DNA from: an uncultured Gemmatimonadales bacterium
GTDB lineage: Bacteria; Gemmatimonadota; Gemmatimonadetes; Gemmatimonadales; GWC2-71-9
Assembly: GCA_963821525.1 (NCBI GenBank)
Contig: CAWGED010000010.1
Coordinates: 1-64,000, forward strand
DNA: 64,000 nt
Direction of reading: 5' to 3'
Below, piece after piece: positions 50,933-60,180 of this stretch. The position numbers and the translations under genes are program-made. Within the stretch, counting starts at the first letter, position 1, and every line of letters starts with the position of its first letter. Below the pieces are notes generated by a model, which did not search any database, had not been told where the DNA came from, and saw nothing but the letters and a program-made list of their open reading frames with translations.

Positions 50933-51319
50933 ATGAAACGAGAACAAGCCCTAAGAGTCGTGTTGGTGTTGGTGGGATTGTTGTTTACGGCCGGCCTTTA
51001 CCCTCTCGCGATCGGGGTCAGGAGCGAACTGGATCCCAACATCGACAACGGCGTGCCAATGATGCTTAGCCTCTACGTCACGCTGGGAGTCTTCTTGCTG
51101 TTGGCGGCACGCAATCCATCCGCCTATCGCAGCGTGATCGCTTTCGCTGCGTGGTCGAGTTTCGCTCATGCCGCCGTCATGGCAGTCATGTCCATCCAGC
51201 TTCCAACCCAACGAACCGAGCTCTTGATCGCGTCGGCTGCATTCGGCTTGATCGGTGCGCTCCTGATCGCATTCTCACCGGGAAGGCAGCCCGCATCAGC
51301 CGAACGCGCCGCAGCATGA
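50933..51319 (+). CDS. small membrane protein (DUF6632-like)
   Basis: AGGAGG RBS; MMLSLYVTLGVFLL.A.RNP..FAAWSSFAH. Confidence 0.75.
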   Translation: MKREQALRVVLVLVGLLFTAGLYPLAIGVRSELDPNIDNGVPMMLSLYVTLGVFLLLAARNPSAYRSVIAFAAWSSFAHAAVMAVMSIQLPTQRTELLIASAAFGLIGALLIAFSPGRQPASAERAAA

Positions 51320-51726
51320 CACCTTCAATACCCTCCGCTCAAGACTATGCCAGCGAGCCGGTGCGCTACCCCCCGCTCGTCGTGGTGGATATCGCCGCAG
51401 AAGCGGCTGCGGTCACCGAACAGTACCGGAACCAGGTCCTCAGCCAGGTGAACACCAGTTGTCTGCGCCTGGGGGTGCTCGCCGGGGAGTATCCCTGGCA
51501 CCAGCATCCTCACTCCGATGAGCTGTTTCTCGTGGTGGAGGGCCGGCTGGAGATCGAGCTGGCCGATGGGCGCACGATGAGCCTTGGACCCTGGCAGAGT
51601 GTGGTGGTGCCGGCGGGAACGGTGCATCGCACGCGAGGAGCCGGACGCACCGTAAACCTGTGCTTCGAGGCGTTGTCAGCGACGACCGTGTTCGTTGACC
51701 CTATTCAGCGCTCAGCGCCTGGATAG
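51316..51726 (+). CDS. cupin domain protein
   Basis: WHQHPHSDELFLVVEG and VVPAGTVHRT. Confidence 0.88.
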   Translation: MTPSIPSAQDYASEPVRYPPLVVVDIAAEAAAVTEQYRNQVLSQVNTSCLRLGVLAGEYPWHQHPHSDELFLVVEGRLEIELADGRTMSLGPWQSVVVPAGTVHRTRGAGRTVNLCFEALSATTVFVDPIQRSAPG

Positions 51727-54181
51727 GGTCGGCCCGCGTCGCCCTCCAGCCGGGAATCAGGCAGGCGGCTACCGACACGACGACGAGGAGCACTGCGGTG
51801 CCGACGACTACGCGCGGCTCCTGCGGTGAGATTTCGTACAACGACGATCGCAGCAGTCGCGTGACGACCAGGGACAGCCCTACTCCTATCACCAGCCCGA
51901 CCAGCGGAAACGACATGCCCTCGCGCAGCACCTGCCACAGCACGTGACGCGGGGTGGCGCCGAGCGCAATGCGGATTCCGAACTCGCGCGTGCGGTCGGC
52001 GACCAGGTATGCGAGCACCGCGAAAATGCCGCTGGCCGCCAGGAACAGCGCCGCGACCCCGCAGCCGCCGAACAAGATCGCCTCGAAGCGGTTCCGCGCC
52101 CACGAATCGTTAACGATGTCGGTGAGCGGTTGCACATCCTGCAGTGCCAGATCGGGATCCACGGTAGCGACAGCTTTCCGCACGCTCGAAACCACGGACT
52201 GTGGATCCCCGGCGGTCCGCAGGAACACCATGCGCGCGGCATAGGTGAACTGCGCATAAGGCGTGTAGAAGCTGGCGAAATTGGGGCGGAGGTCGAGGGG
52301 AGCGTACACCACGTCGCCGACGATACCGACGATCTCGGCGCTGGAGTCCGGGCTGCTGAAGCTGCTACCGCCACCAAACCACACCCGTTTGCCCAGCGGA
52401 TCCTCATCCGGCCAGAAACGGCGGGCGGCCGTCTCGCTGATCACCGCCACCCGCGGCGCCCCGGCGACATCAGCGGCGGTGAACACTCGGCCGCGCCGTA
52501 CCGGAATGCCGAGGGTGGCAAAGTGATCCGGGGCGATGTAATGGCGGAGGACGGGAGGTGCTTGCCCCGGGTCCGGCATCGCCCGGCCTTCTATATAAAG
52601 GACGCTGCTCGCGGTGCCCGCGAGAGGCGCTCCGCCGTCCACCGAGGCCGAGACTACCCCAGGCACCCTTGCCAACGCGTCGAGCAACCGTGAGATGAAC
52701 GCAGGCGCGGCGGCAGGGGGAACCCGGGCCTCGGAGGGGATCACCCAGAAGGTGAGTACGTGGTCAGGCTCGACGCCAATCGGGGCCTGGCGCATCCGTT
52801 GAAAGCTGTCGATGAGCAACGCCGCCGAGACCACCAGCAACATCGCGAACGCCGCCTCGATGCCGACGATGATGCCCCGCAGCGACGGCCGGCGCAGCCT
52901 CATCGCGCCGTCCGCAATGCCACGCGATCCGGCCCTGATCCCGGACGATACGTCGAGGTGAAACGCGCTCATCGCGGCCGGAACTGCAACCAGGAGCGTC
53001 GTCGCGAGGGTCAGGCCGACACCGAACAAGAGCTCAGCGAGGCCGAACTTGGGTGAGTCGAAAGGCGCCAGGCTGCCGTAAAAGTTGCGTGGCGCCCAGA
53101 TGTTGGCTGGCGGGACGATGAGGGCGCTTCCCACCGCTGCGAGCGCGATGCCTATGCCGCCGCCCAGCAGGGCAAGCAGCGACCCCTCGCCGAGGATATG
53201 GCCAAAGAGCCGGTTGCTGCTGCTCCCCAGCGCCAGCCGCACCGCCGACTCTCGTCGTCGGGCCAGCGCACGACCGAGCAACAGGTTCGCCACATTGGCG
53301 CACGCCAGCAGGTGCAGCGCCGCGACACCGCCGAGGAGGACAAAAAGCGAACGTCGTACGTTTCGGTCCGCGCGGCCCTCGTTGAGGGTCGCAGCGGTCG
53401 CGCTCACCCGCTCCTCCGGGAAATCTGGATCGCTGGGCAACGCACGATTGATGCTGGCCCCGAGGACGGCGAGCTCGCTCCGCGCGGCAGTAAGGTTAGT
53501 CCCCGGCCGCAATCGACCGACGGCGCTGATGAAGTTCTGGTTCGTGGTGAGGTAGTCGGGGTAGGTGACCTGAGGTGACATGGTCCGCGGAATCCAAAGC
53601 TCGGCGCGGCCCGAGAGGCCGGTGAACTCTGGTGGGAGTATGCCGATAACAGTCAGCGGAACCCCGTTGAGGCGAATCGTTCGTCCGATGAGGGACAGGT
53701 CGGCGGCCCAACGCCGGGTCCACAGTCCGTGGCCGAGCACGACCACCGGTGTCGGGTCCGCAGGATCGTCCTCCGCATCGGTGAACAGGCGTCCGCGAGC
53801 CGCGCCGATGCGCAACAGTTGAAAGTACGATGGTGAGACTCTCTCCCCTTGCACCAACTCCGCATCCCCGTCTCCCGAGAGCGTAAGACTTGCGGGCGAG
53901 TAGCTGGCCACGATCTCGAAGCTGCGCTGCGATTTTCGCAGGAGCTCGAATCGGCCGAACGACCAGCGCTCCTGCTGCCGCGGTTCACCCGCGGGGTTGC
54001 GGCGGAGGTAGAGCATCGCAATGCGGCCGGCGTCGGGGAACGGCGGCTGGCGCCAGAGCCCTGCATTGACCACACCGAAGGCGGTGGTAAGCGCCGCAAC
54101 CCCAAGCGCGAGGGTAACGACCACACCAATCGCGAGCGCGGGAGCACGGGCGAGTGAGCGGAAGGTGGCAGTGAGTGGCAT
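51701..54181 (-). CDS. duplicated MacB/FtsX-type orphan ABC permease (ADOP-like)
   Basis: TLALGV, LLACANVANLLL.R..RRRE.AVRLALG, RTREFGIRIALGA and ADPIQAL. Confidence 0.9.
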   Translation of the reverse strand: MPLTATFRSLARAPALAIGVVVTLALGVAALTTAFGVVNAGLWRQPPFPDAGRIAMLYLRRNPAGEPRQQERWSFGRFELLRKSQRSFEIVASYSPASLTLSGDGDAELVQGERVSPSYFQLLRIGAARGRLFTDAEDDPADPTPVVVLGHGLWTRRWAADLSLIGRTIRLNGVPLTVIGILPPEFTGLSGRAELWIPRTMSPQVTYPDYLTTNQNFISAVGRLRPGTNLTAARSELAVLGASINRALPSDPDFPEERVSATAATLNEGRADRNVRRSLFVLLGGVAALHLLACANVANLLLGRALARRRESAVRLALGSSSNRLFGHILGEGSLLALLGGGIGIALAAVGSALIVPPANIWAPRNFYGSLAPFDSPKFGLAELLFGVGLTLATTLLVAVPAAMSAFHLDVSSGIRAGSRGIADGAMRLRRPSLRGIIVGIEAAFAMLLVVSAALLIDSFQRMRQAPIGVEPDHVLTFWVIPSEARVPPAAAPAFISRLLDALARVPGVVSASVDGGAPLAGTASSVLYIEGRAMPDPGQAPPVLRHYIAPDHFATLGIPVRRGRVFTAADVAGAPRVAVISETAARRFWPDEDPLGKRVWFGGGSSFSSPDSSAEIVGIVGDVVYAPLDLRPNFASFYTPYAQFTYAARMVFLRTAGDPQSVVSSVRKAVATVDPDLALQDVQPLTDIVNDSWARNRFEAILFGGCGVAALFLAASGIFAVLAYLVADRTREFGIRIALGATPRHVLWQVLREGMSFPLVGLVIGVGLSLVVTRLLRSSLYEISPQEPRVVVGTAVLLVVVSVAACLIPGWRATRADPIQALSAE

Positions 54182-54237
54182 GAGCGGGCGTCTCGGGTTG
54201 CGAGCCTACTCTACGATGCCAGCCGGGCGGGAAGCGT

Positions 54238-55266
54238 TTAAGAGTTATTCATCGCGATATTTATTGGCTCCGCCTTCAAAGCATCCCTCGGCGATCCTCC
54301 CCATTCCCTGCCCCACGCTCTCCGCATCTGAAGCGCTGAACGGAACCCGGCAAACTCGGCGGCTCGCGTCACGCTGGCGCCATGCTCCAGCGCCTGCCTC
54401 GCCCGCTCCAGGCGGATCGCCTGGAGATACTGAAGCGGCGATACCCGCGCATACTCGAGGAAGAGCCGCAGCAGGTGTCGCTCCGTGGTGCACCCGGCCT
54501 CCGCCAGCGCCGCCATGTTCCAGTCCCGCTCCGGTTCATTGAGGATGGCGTTCTGAACCCGATGCACCGTCGTATGCAGATGGCCGCGATGGCGGCGAAA
54601 GGGTGACTCCTCCGGATCCCGTTCCGAGCGCCTGAGATACACCACCATGTCCTCGGCGACACTCGCCGCCAGGGCTTCCCCGCACTCTTCGGCAATGAGG
54701 TGCAGGGCGAGATCGATTCCCGCCGTGATGCCGGCACTCGAGGCCAGCGGGCCATCCACCACGAAGACTCGGTTGTCGAGGACCTTGGCCCGTGGCGCCA
54801 GCGCGCGCAGGGTGTGCAGCAGCTCGTGGTGCGTGGTGCAGCGCCGGTGGCCCAGCAGCCCGGCGCGCGCCGCGAGGAGAGTACCCGAGCAGATCGTCAC
54901 CAGACGATGTTCCCCGGTGCCCTCCAGCAGTGACTCGCCCAGGTGCCGATTGAGCCAGCGCGCAGTAGTCAGGACCGCTGGAGTGACAAGGCCCAGGTGC
55001 TCGCTCGGCTGACCCACCACCACGACCCATGTATTCGGGCCGAGCTCCTCCGGCAGCGGCTCCAGGCCGGCAATGGCGAGCCCCACCGACGTTTCCTGCA
55101 CCTGGTTCGGCGCGGCGAAGCGCAACCGGAAGCGCGGCGGGAGCCCACTCCTCCCGCGATGCTGGTTGGCCAGCCGGAAGGCCTCCGCCGCGCCGGCGAT
55201 GTCCAGCAGCAACGAATGCGGCAGGATCACGAACAGGACGTCAATCAGATGGGCGCGTGCGATCAT
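54238..55266 (-). CDS. GlxA-family AraC regulator (DJ-1/PfpI plus HTH)
   Basis: ICSG..AGLL...TTHH, SSAGITAGIDLAL and C-terminal AraC HTH. Confidence 0.9.
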   Translation of the reverse strand: MIARAHLIDVLFVILPHSLLLDIAGAAEAFRLANQHRGRSGLPPRFRLRFAAPNQVQETSVGLAIAGLEPLPEELGPNTWVVVVGQPSEHLGLVTPAVLTTARWLNRHLGESLLEGTGEHRLVTICSGTLLAARAGLLGHRRCTTHHELLHTLRALAPRAKVLDNRVFVVDGPLASSAGITAGIDLALHLIAEECGEALAASVAEDMVVYLRRSERDPEESPFRRHRGHLHTTVHRVQNAILNEPERDWNMAALAEAGCTTERHLLRLFLEYARVSPLQYLQAIRLERARQALEHGASVTRAAEFAGFRSALQMRRAWGREWGGSPRDALKAEPINIAMNNS

Positions 55267-55375
55267 TTGTCCGAAAGTGAGTGATAGTTGTCGGTCCTCG
55301 ATGCGACGAGGGACCACGTGTTCGGTAGCTTGGGGAAACAATTGCAACTTTTCAATTGTCAATTTCCAATTGCTT

Positions 55376-57427
55376 ATGACTCCCCATATGCTATCGCCCG
55401 CCACCCTCAGCATGGCATTGCTGGCCCTGTCCTGCTCGCCGTTTTCGGCCATGGAACTTTGGGCCCAGGCGCCGCGGGACCACGTCGTCTCCCGGCTGGA
55501 AAGCACCGTCGATACGGGTATCAAGCCGGGGGACGACTTCTTTGGCTACGCCAACGGTGCCTGGCTCAAGGCGACCGTGCTCCCGGCCGGCAAGAACCGC
55601 TGGGCAGTCCGGGACGACATCAACGAACGGACTCGGCGGCAGCTCGAGGCGCTATTCGACGACGCACGCACGGCGCGGCCGGGCTCCCTCGCGCGCAAGG
55701 TGGCCGACTTCCGCTCGGCCTACCTGAACCAGTCGGCCATTGAAGGAAAGGGGGTTGCCCCGCTCAAACCCCTGCTCTCCCGGATCGACAGTGTCGGCGA
55801 CAAGCAGGCACTCACTCGCCTGATCGGCAGCACCATGCACGCCGACGTCGATCCACTCAACCTCGGCGTCTACACCTCGTCCTCGGTACTCGGACTTTCG
55901 GTGGAGCACAGCATTCACGGGGAGAAGACCTATGGCACCTTTCTGGTCCAGGGGGGGCTCGGCCTCGGCGACCGTGACCAGTACCTGAGCCAGGATTCCA
56001 GCGCCGTCACCCAGCGCGGTCGCTACCAGCAGTACATCGCCCGGATGCTGACGCTCGCTGGCTTCGACCACGCTGATCAGCGGGCCACCTCGGTGCTGGC
56101 ACTCGAAACGGCCATCGCCGAGACCCAGGCCTCGCTTAAGGCATCGGCCGTGGACCGTAACGCCGACAATCAATGGTCGCGGGCCGACTTTGCGCGCGAA
56201 GCACCGGGCATGGACTGGGGTGCCTTCTTCCAGGCGGCGGGCCTCGGCCAGCAGCAGGTAGTCGTCGCATGGCAGCCCACGGCCATGAAGGGGGTCGCGG
56301 CGCTGGTTGCCTCCCAACCGCTCGACTCTTGGAAGGACTATCTCCGCTTTCACCTGATCCACGACTACGCCGATGTGCTGCCGCGCGCCTTTGCCGAGGC
56401 GGCCGCTGGTATGCGCGGCGACCAGCGCCCACGCGATCAGTTGGCACTGGCGACCACCCAGTCGGCCATGGCCGATGCCATCGGACAGCTTTACGCCGCG
56501 CGTTACTTCTCGGCTGCGCAGAAGACGCGGGTCAACGGCATCATCAAGAACGTTGCTGCGGCGTTCCGCGAGCACGTAGCGGATGCGGCGTGGTTGTCGC
56601 CTACCAGCCGGTTGGTAGCACTGGCCAAGCTCGACCGGCTGTACGTGGGCATCGGATACCCGGATGCGTGGGAAGACTGGAGCGACCTTCGCATCGACTC
56701 CACCGACGCTTTTGGCAACGCGCAGCGCATCGCCGACCACCAGTACCATCATGCTCTGGCCCGACTCGACAAGCCGTACGACCCGCACGAGTGGGTGCTG
56801 CCACCGCAGACCGTGGGCGCCGTCCTGATCTTCCAGCAGAACGCCTACACCTTCGCGGCCGCGCTGCTCCAGCCCCCCAAGTACGACTCCACCGCGTCGG
56901 ATGCCGCGACCTATGGCGCGATCGGCGCCATCATCGGCCACGACATGAGTCACTTCGTGGATGTGCTCGGAGCCGACTATGAGCCCGATGGCCGGATGCG
57001 TCGTTGGTGGACGGCCGACGATTCGGCGCGATTCGAGTCAGCCGCCGAGCCGATCGTGCGACAGTTCTCCGCGTACCAGCCGCTCCCCGGGCTTAATGTT
57101 GACGGACGGCTCACGAGAACGGAGAATGTAGCAGACCTGGCCGGCCTTACCGCCGCCTTCGAGGCTTATCGCAAGTCACTCGGCGCCAAGGCCGCGGACC
57201 GGGATTACGTCCGGCGCTCGGATCGGGAATTCTTCATCGCCTTCGCGCAATCCTTCGGGGCGAAGGTGAATGAGACGGCCCTGCGTGCGCAGCTCTCGAG
57301 CGACCACGCGCCGGAGATGTACCGGATGGACGCAGTGCGGAACCTCGATGCGTGGTACCAGGCCTTCGACGTGGTCCCCGGACAGCGGCTGTACCTCGAG
57401 CCGGGGGCCCGGGTACGGATCTGGTAG
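55376..57427 (+). CDS. M13 (neprilysin/PepO) family metallopeptidase homologue
   Basis: PGDDFFGYANG.W, IGYPD, YGAIGAIIGHDMSH and ENVADLAG; catalytic Glu replaced by Asp. Confidence 0.88.
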   Translation: MTPHMLSPATLSMALLALSCSPFSAMELWAQAPRDHVVSRLESTVDTGIKPGDDFFGYANGAWLKATVLPAGKNRWAVRDDINERTRRQLEALFDDARTARPGSLARKVADFRSAYLNQSAIEGKGVAPLKPLLSRIDSVGDKQALTRLIGSTMHADVDPLNLGVYTSSSVLGLSVEHSIHGEKTYGTFLVQGGLGLGDRDQYLSQDSSAVTQRGRYQQYIARMLTLAGFDHADQRATSVLALETAIAETQASLKASAVDRNADNQWSRADFAREAPGMDWGAFFQAAGLGQQQVVVAWQPTAMKGVAALVASQPLDSWKDYLRFHLIHDYADVLPRAFAEAAAGMRGDQRPRDQLALATTQSAMADAIGQLYAARYFSAAQKTRVNGIIKNVAAAFREHVADAAWLSPTSRLVALAKLDRLYVGIGYPDAWEDWSDLRIDSTDAFGNAQRIADHQYHHALARLDKPYDPHEWVLPPQTVGAVLIFQQNAYTFAAALLQPPKYDSTASDAATYGAIGAIIGHDMSHFVDVLGADYEPDGRMRRWWTADDSARFESAAEPIVRQFSAYQPLPGLNVDGRLTRTENVADLAGLTAAFEAYRKSLGAKAADRDYVRRSDREFFIAFAQSFGAKVNETALRAQLSSDHAPEMYRMDAVRNLDAWYQAFDVVPGQRLYLEPGARVRIW

Positions 57428-57444
57428 CGGCCAGGAGGGAGCCC

Positions 57445-58230
57445 ATGCGGGTCACAGTCTGCGAGCTGCCACATGAGCCCGCGGCGTTCGCCGCCGCGTG
57501 GGCCGGACTGTGCGACCATACCAGGGCGCACGCCTCGGCGCTGGTGCTGCTCCCGGAGTTCGCAATGCTGGAACCGGTCTGGGAGTCGGCGCACTTCGAC
57601 GCCGCTCGCTGGAATGCCAACGTGACCCTGAACGACATCCAGCTCGGTCGTCTCGCCGAGCTGGGCGTCGAACATGTGGTGGGCACCCGACCAGTGAGCA
57701 TGAATGGCCGCCGCTTGAATCAGGGATACCTCTGGTCTCGGGACGCTGGAGTGCAGCCGCTCCGGAGCAAGTACTTCCTGCCCGACGAGCCGGGAAACTG
57801 GGAGGCGACCTGGTTTCACCGGGGAGATCGGGAGTTTCCTCTGTTTCACGCCGGTCCGGTGTCGTTCGGCGTCAACATCTGTTCCGAGCTGTGGGCCCTC
57901 GAAACCTATGGGACCTACGCCGCGCTCGACGCCCAGCTGGTGTTAGCGCCGCGGGCGACGGAGTTGGCGACGACGATGAGGTGGCTGGCCGTGGGCGTGG
58001 TTTCGGCCATCCGCTCGGGGGCGTTCAGCCTCTCTTCCAATCGAGTCGACCCGACTGGCGCCTGCGGCGGTGGCGGATGGATCATCGATCCGGGCGGGGA
58101 GATCCTGGCCCTCACCTCATCCATCGAGCCTTTCGCGACGCGGGACATCGACCTGACGAAGGCGGCGAAGGCCAAGCAGAGCTACCCCCGCTACGTGTTT
58201 TCGGAATCGCGCAACGGCCCGCCGACCTGA
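57445..58230 (+). CDS. carbon-nitrogen hydrolase (nitrilase superfamily)
   Basis: E-K-C triad contexts LLPEF, SKYFLP and ICSELW. Confidence 0.88.
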   Translation: MRVTVCELPHEPAAFAAAWAGLCDHTRAHASALVLLPEFAMLEPVWESAHFDAARWNANVTLNDIQLGRLAELGVEHVVGTRPVSMNGRRLNQGYLWSRDAGVQPLRSKYFLPDEPGNWEATWFHRGDREFPLFHAGPVSFGVNICSELWALETYGTYAALDAQLVLAPRATELATTMRWLAVGVVSAIRSGAFSLSSNRVDPTGACGGGGWIIDPGGEILALTSSIEPFATRDIDLTKAAKAKQSYPRYVFSESRNGPPT

Positions 58231-58238
58231 GCTCACCC

Positions 58239-58305
58239 GCCTGACCAGCGCCTGCACCTGCCGGGCGCTACTTTTCACTTCCAGCCAGTCCATCGTTGCA
58301 GGATC
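58239..58305 (+). repeat. attC family, left half
   Basis: GCCTGAC-CAGCGCCTGCACCTGCCGGGCGCTA..., 8 bp after a stop codon. Confidence 0.75.
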
Positions 58306-58398
58306 TGCTGCGGCTGCCTGGTCGCGTATCTCAGACCCGACGCCCCGGGCCTGGCGACGGAGCCGTAATCAAGAAACCGATTCAGGAGGACCAAGACC

Positions 58399-58797
58399 AT
58401 GGAACTCGCGACCGCATCTGGCACGACGAACCTGACCGGCATATCGCCCCAATTCCTGGTGGACGACCTCGCTCGCTCCATCGAGTACTACGGTCGGTGC
58501 CTTGGCTTTGATCTGGACTTCCAGTACCAGGACTTCTACGCAAGCGTCAGCCGAGACGGCTGTGCGATTCATCTCAAGGCCGCGCCAAAGAATGAAGCCG
58601 ACCGGGCACATCGCCAGGAGCACGAGCATCTCGACGCCCACATCGCCGTCCGGAACGCCGCCGCCTTGTATGACGAACTGCACTCCCGCGGGGCGTTGAT
58701 CACGAGGGCGCTGGAGGACAGACCGTGGTCGTGCAGGGACTTCTACATCCAGGATCCCGACGGCTACATCCTCTGCTTCAGCGAGCTGACCGCCTAA
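58399..58797 (+). CDS. VOC/glyoxalase family protein
   Basis: ISPQFLVDDL and RPWSCRDFYIQDPDGYILCF; stop lies in GCCTAAC-GC-GTTAC. Confidence 0.9.
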   Translation: MELATASGTTNLTGISPQFLVDDLARSIEYYGRCLGFDLDFQYQDFYASVSRDGCAIHLKAAPKNEADRAHRQEHEHLDAHIAVRNAAALYDELHSRGALITRALEDRPWSCRDFYIQDPDGYILCFSELTA

Positions 58798-58865
58798 CGC
58801 GTTACTCGGCCAGGCGATGACGCAGCGCCGAAGCGTCATCGTGCCCATCCGAGCCAGGGCCGACA

Positions 58866-59210
58866 ATGCCCCTTGCGCCGCCTTCGGCACTTCGTGCGAT
58901 CAAGCTCATCCATACGGTGGCATGGGTTTTCTTTGTGGCTGCCATACTCGCCATCCCGCTCGCGGCGTGGCATGAGAGGTTTGGCCTGGCGTTGGTCTGT
59001 GCGGTGATTGTCGCCGTCGAAGTCCTCGTCCTTGCCGTGAACGGCATGAAGTGCCCACTAACGCCTCTCGCTGCCCGCTACACCGATGACCGCCGCGACA
59101 ACTTTGACATCTACTTGCCATTGCTCATGGCCCGCTATAACAAGGAGATCTTCGGAACCTTGTACGTGGCAGGCCTGGTGTTCGGGCTTGCGCTCTGGCT
59201 GCTCTCATAG
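58866..59210 (+). CDS. small membrane protein
   Basis: IKLIHT, NGMKCPLT and NFDIYLP. Confidence 0.75.
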   Translation: MPLAPPSALRAIKLIHTVAWVFFVAAILAIPLAAWHERFGLALVCAVIVAVEVLVLAVNGMKCPLTPLAARYTDDRRDNFDIYLPLLMARYNKEIFGTLYVAGLVFGLALWLLS

Positions 59211-59238
59211 CCCGGACTGGTCCGAAGGTCCCGGGCTA

Positions 59239-59255
59239 CACTAACCTGGTTAGGC
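59239..59255 (+). repeat. collapsed attC (cores only)
   Basis: CACTAAC-CTG-GTTAGGC, 6 bp before the GNAT ATG. Confidence 0.45.
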
Positions 59256-59261
59256 CGCTAA

Positions 59262-59678
59262 ATGGCTACGATCACGGTCCGCACCGGCGATGCTCCCGAC
59301 CTCGAGTCATTCCTGGCCCAGCGCATTTACGAGTACAACGCGGCTGCTACCGGGTACCATGACGGGGAGGCGTTCTCCGCCGTCCACCAGAATGAGTCCG
59401 GCAGCATCGAAGCCGGTATCTACGGCTTCACGTGGGGAGGGTGCTGCTTCGTCTCGTACTTGTGGGTCGCCGAGGCTTTGCGCCGCCGGGGGATGGGGAG
59501 TGAGCTACTCAGAGCGGCCGAGCGTCATGCGCAGGAGAGGCGCTGTCGCCTGGTCCTCTTGTCGTCTCACAGCTTCCAGGCGCCCGTGTTTTACGCTCGC
59601 ATGGGATACGAGCAGATAGCACGGATCGACGATTATCCCGTCGGCCACGCAGACATCTTCTACGCCAAACGACTCTAG
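59262..59678 (+). CDS. GNAT acetyltransferase
   Basis: LWVAEALRRRGMGSELL and SFQAPVFYARMGY. Confidence 0.9.
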   Translation: MATITVRTGDAPDLESFLAQRIYEYNAAATGYHDGEAFSAVHQNESGSIEAGIYGFTWGGCCFVSYLWVAEALRRRGMGSELLRAAERHAQERRCRLVLLSSHSFQAPVFYARMGYEQIARIDDYPVGHADIFYAKRL

Positions 59679-59787
59679 CAGGCTCGAAATCGAGCCCCGC
59701 AGCTAGTTCGGAGTCGATTGGGTGGCCCCTCTTCCGTCATTCGGATGTCCAGTGTCATCATCCACCACAGACTTGGAGATCCGACCC

Positions 59788-60180
59788 ATGCGCTACGCCC
59801 TTCTGATCCACTACCCGCAGCCTGCCGTCTCCACCCTCAGCGAGGACGAGATCAAGGCTGGCATGGCTGCTTTCCACGCCTACGCCAAGGCGCTCGAGGA
59901 GGCCGGCGTCCTCCGCTCGGCCGAAGTCCTTCAGACAATTGCCAAGGCGACCAGCGTGTCAATGAAGCAGGGCAAGCTGCAGGTGCAGGACGGGCCATTC
60001 GCCGACACCAAGGAGGCGTTCGCGGGCATCTTCATGCTCGATGTGCCGGACTTGGACGCCGCGCTCGCCTGGGCCGAGAAGTGCCCGGCGGCTCACTGGG
60101 GCACCGTAGAGATCCGTCCTTCGGCGGTGCGGTTCGCCGATGGCGGGTGGACCAGCGCGTCGGAACCGGTCCGCGCGTGA
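59788..60180 (+). CDS. YciI/DGPF domain protein
   Basis: DGPFADTKE..G and VEIRP. Confidence 0.9.
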   Translation: MRYALLIHYPQPAVSTLSEDEIKAGMAAFHAYAKALEEAGVLRSAEVLQTIAKATSVSMKQGKLQVQDGPFADTKEAFAGIFMLDVPDLDAALAWAEKCPAAHWGTVEIRPSAVRFADGGWTSASEPVRA

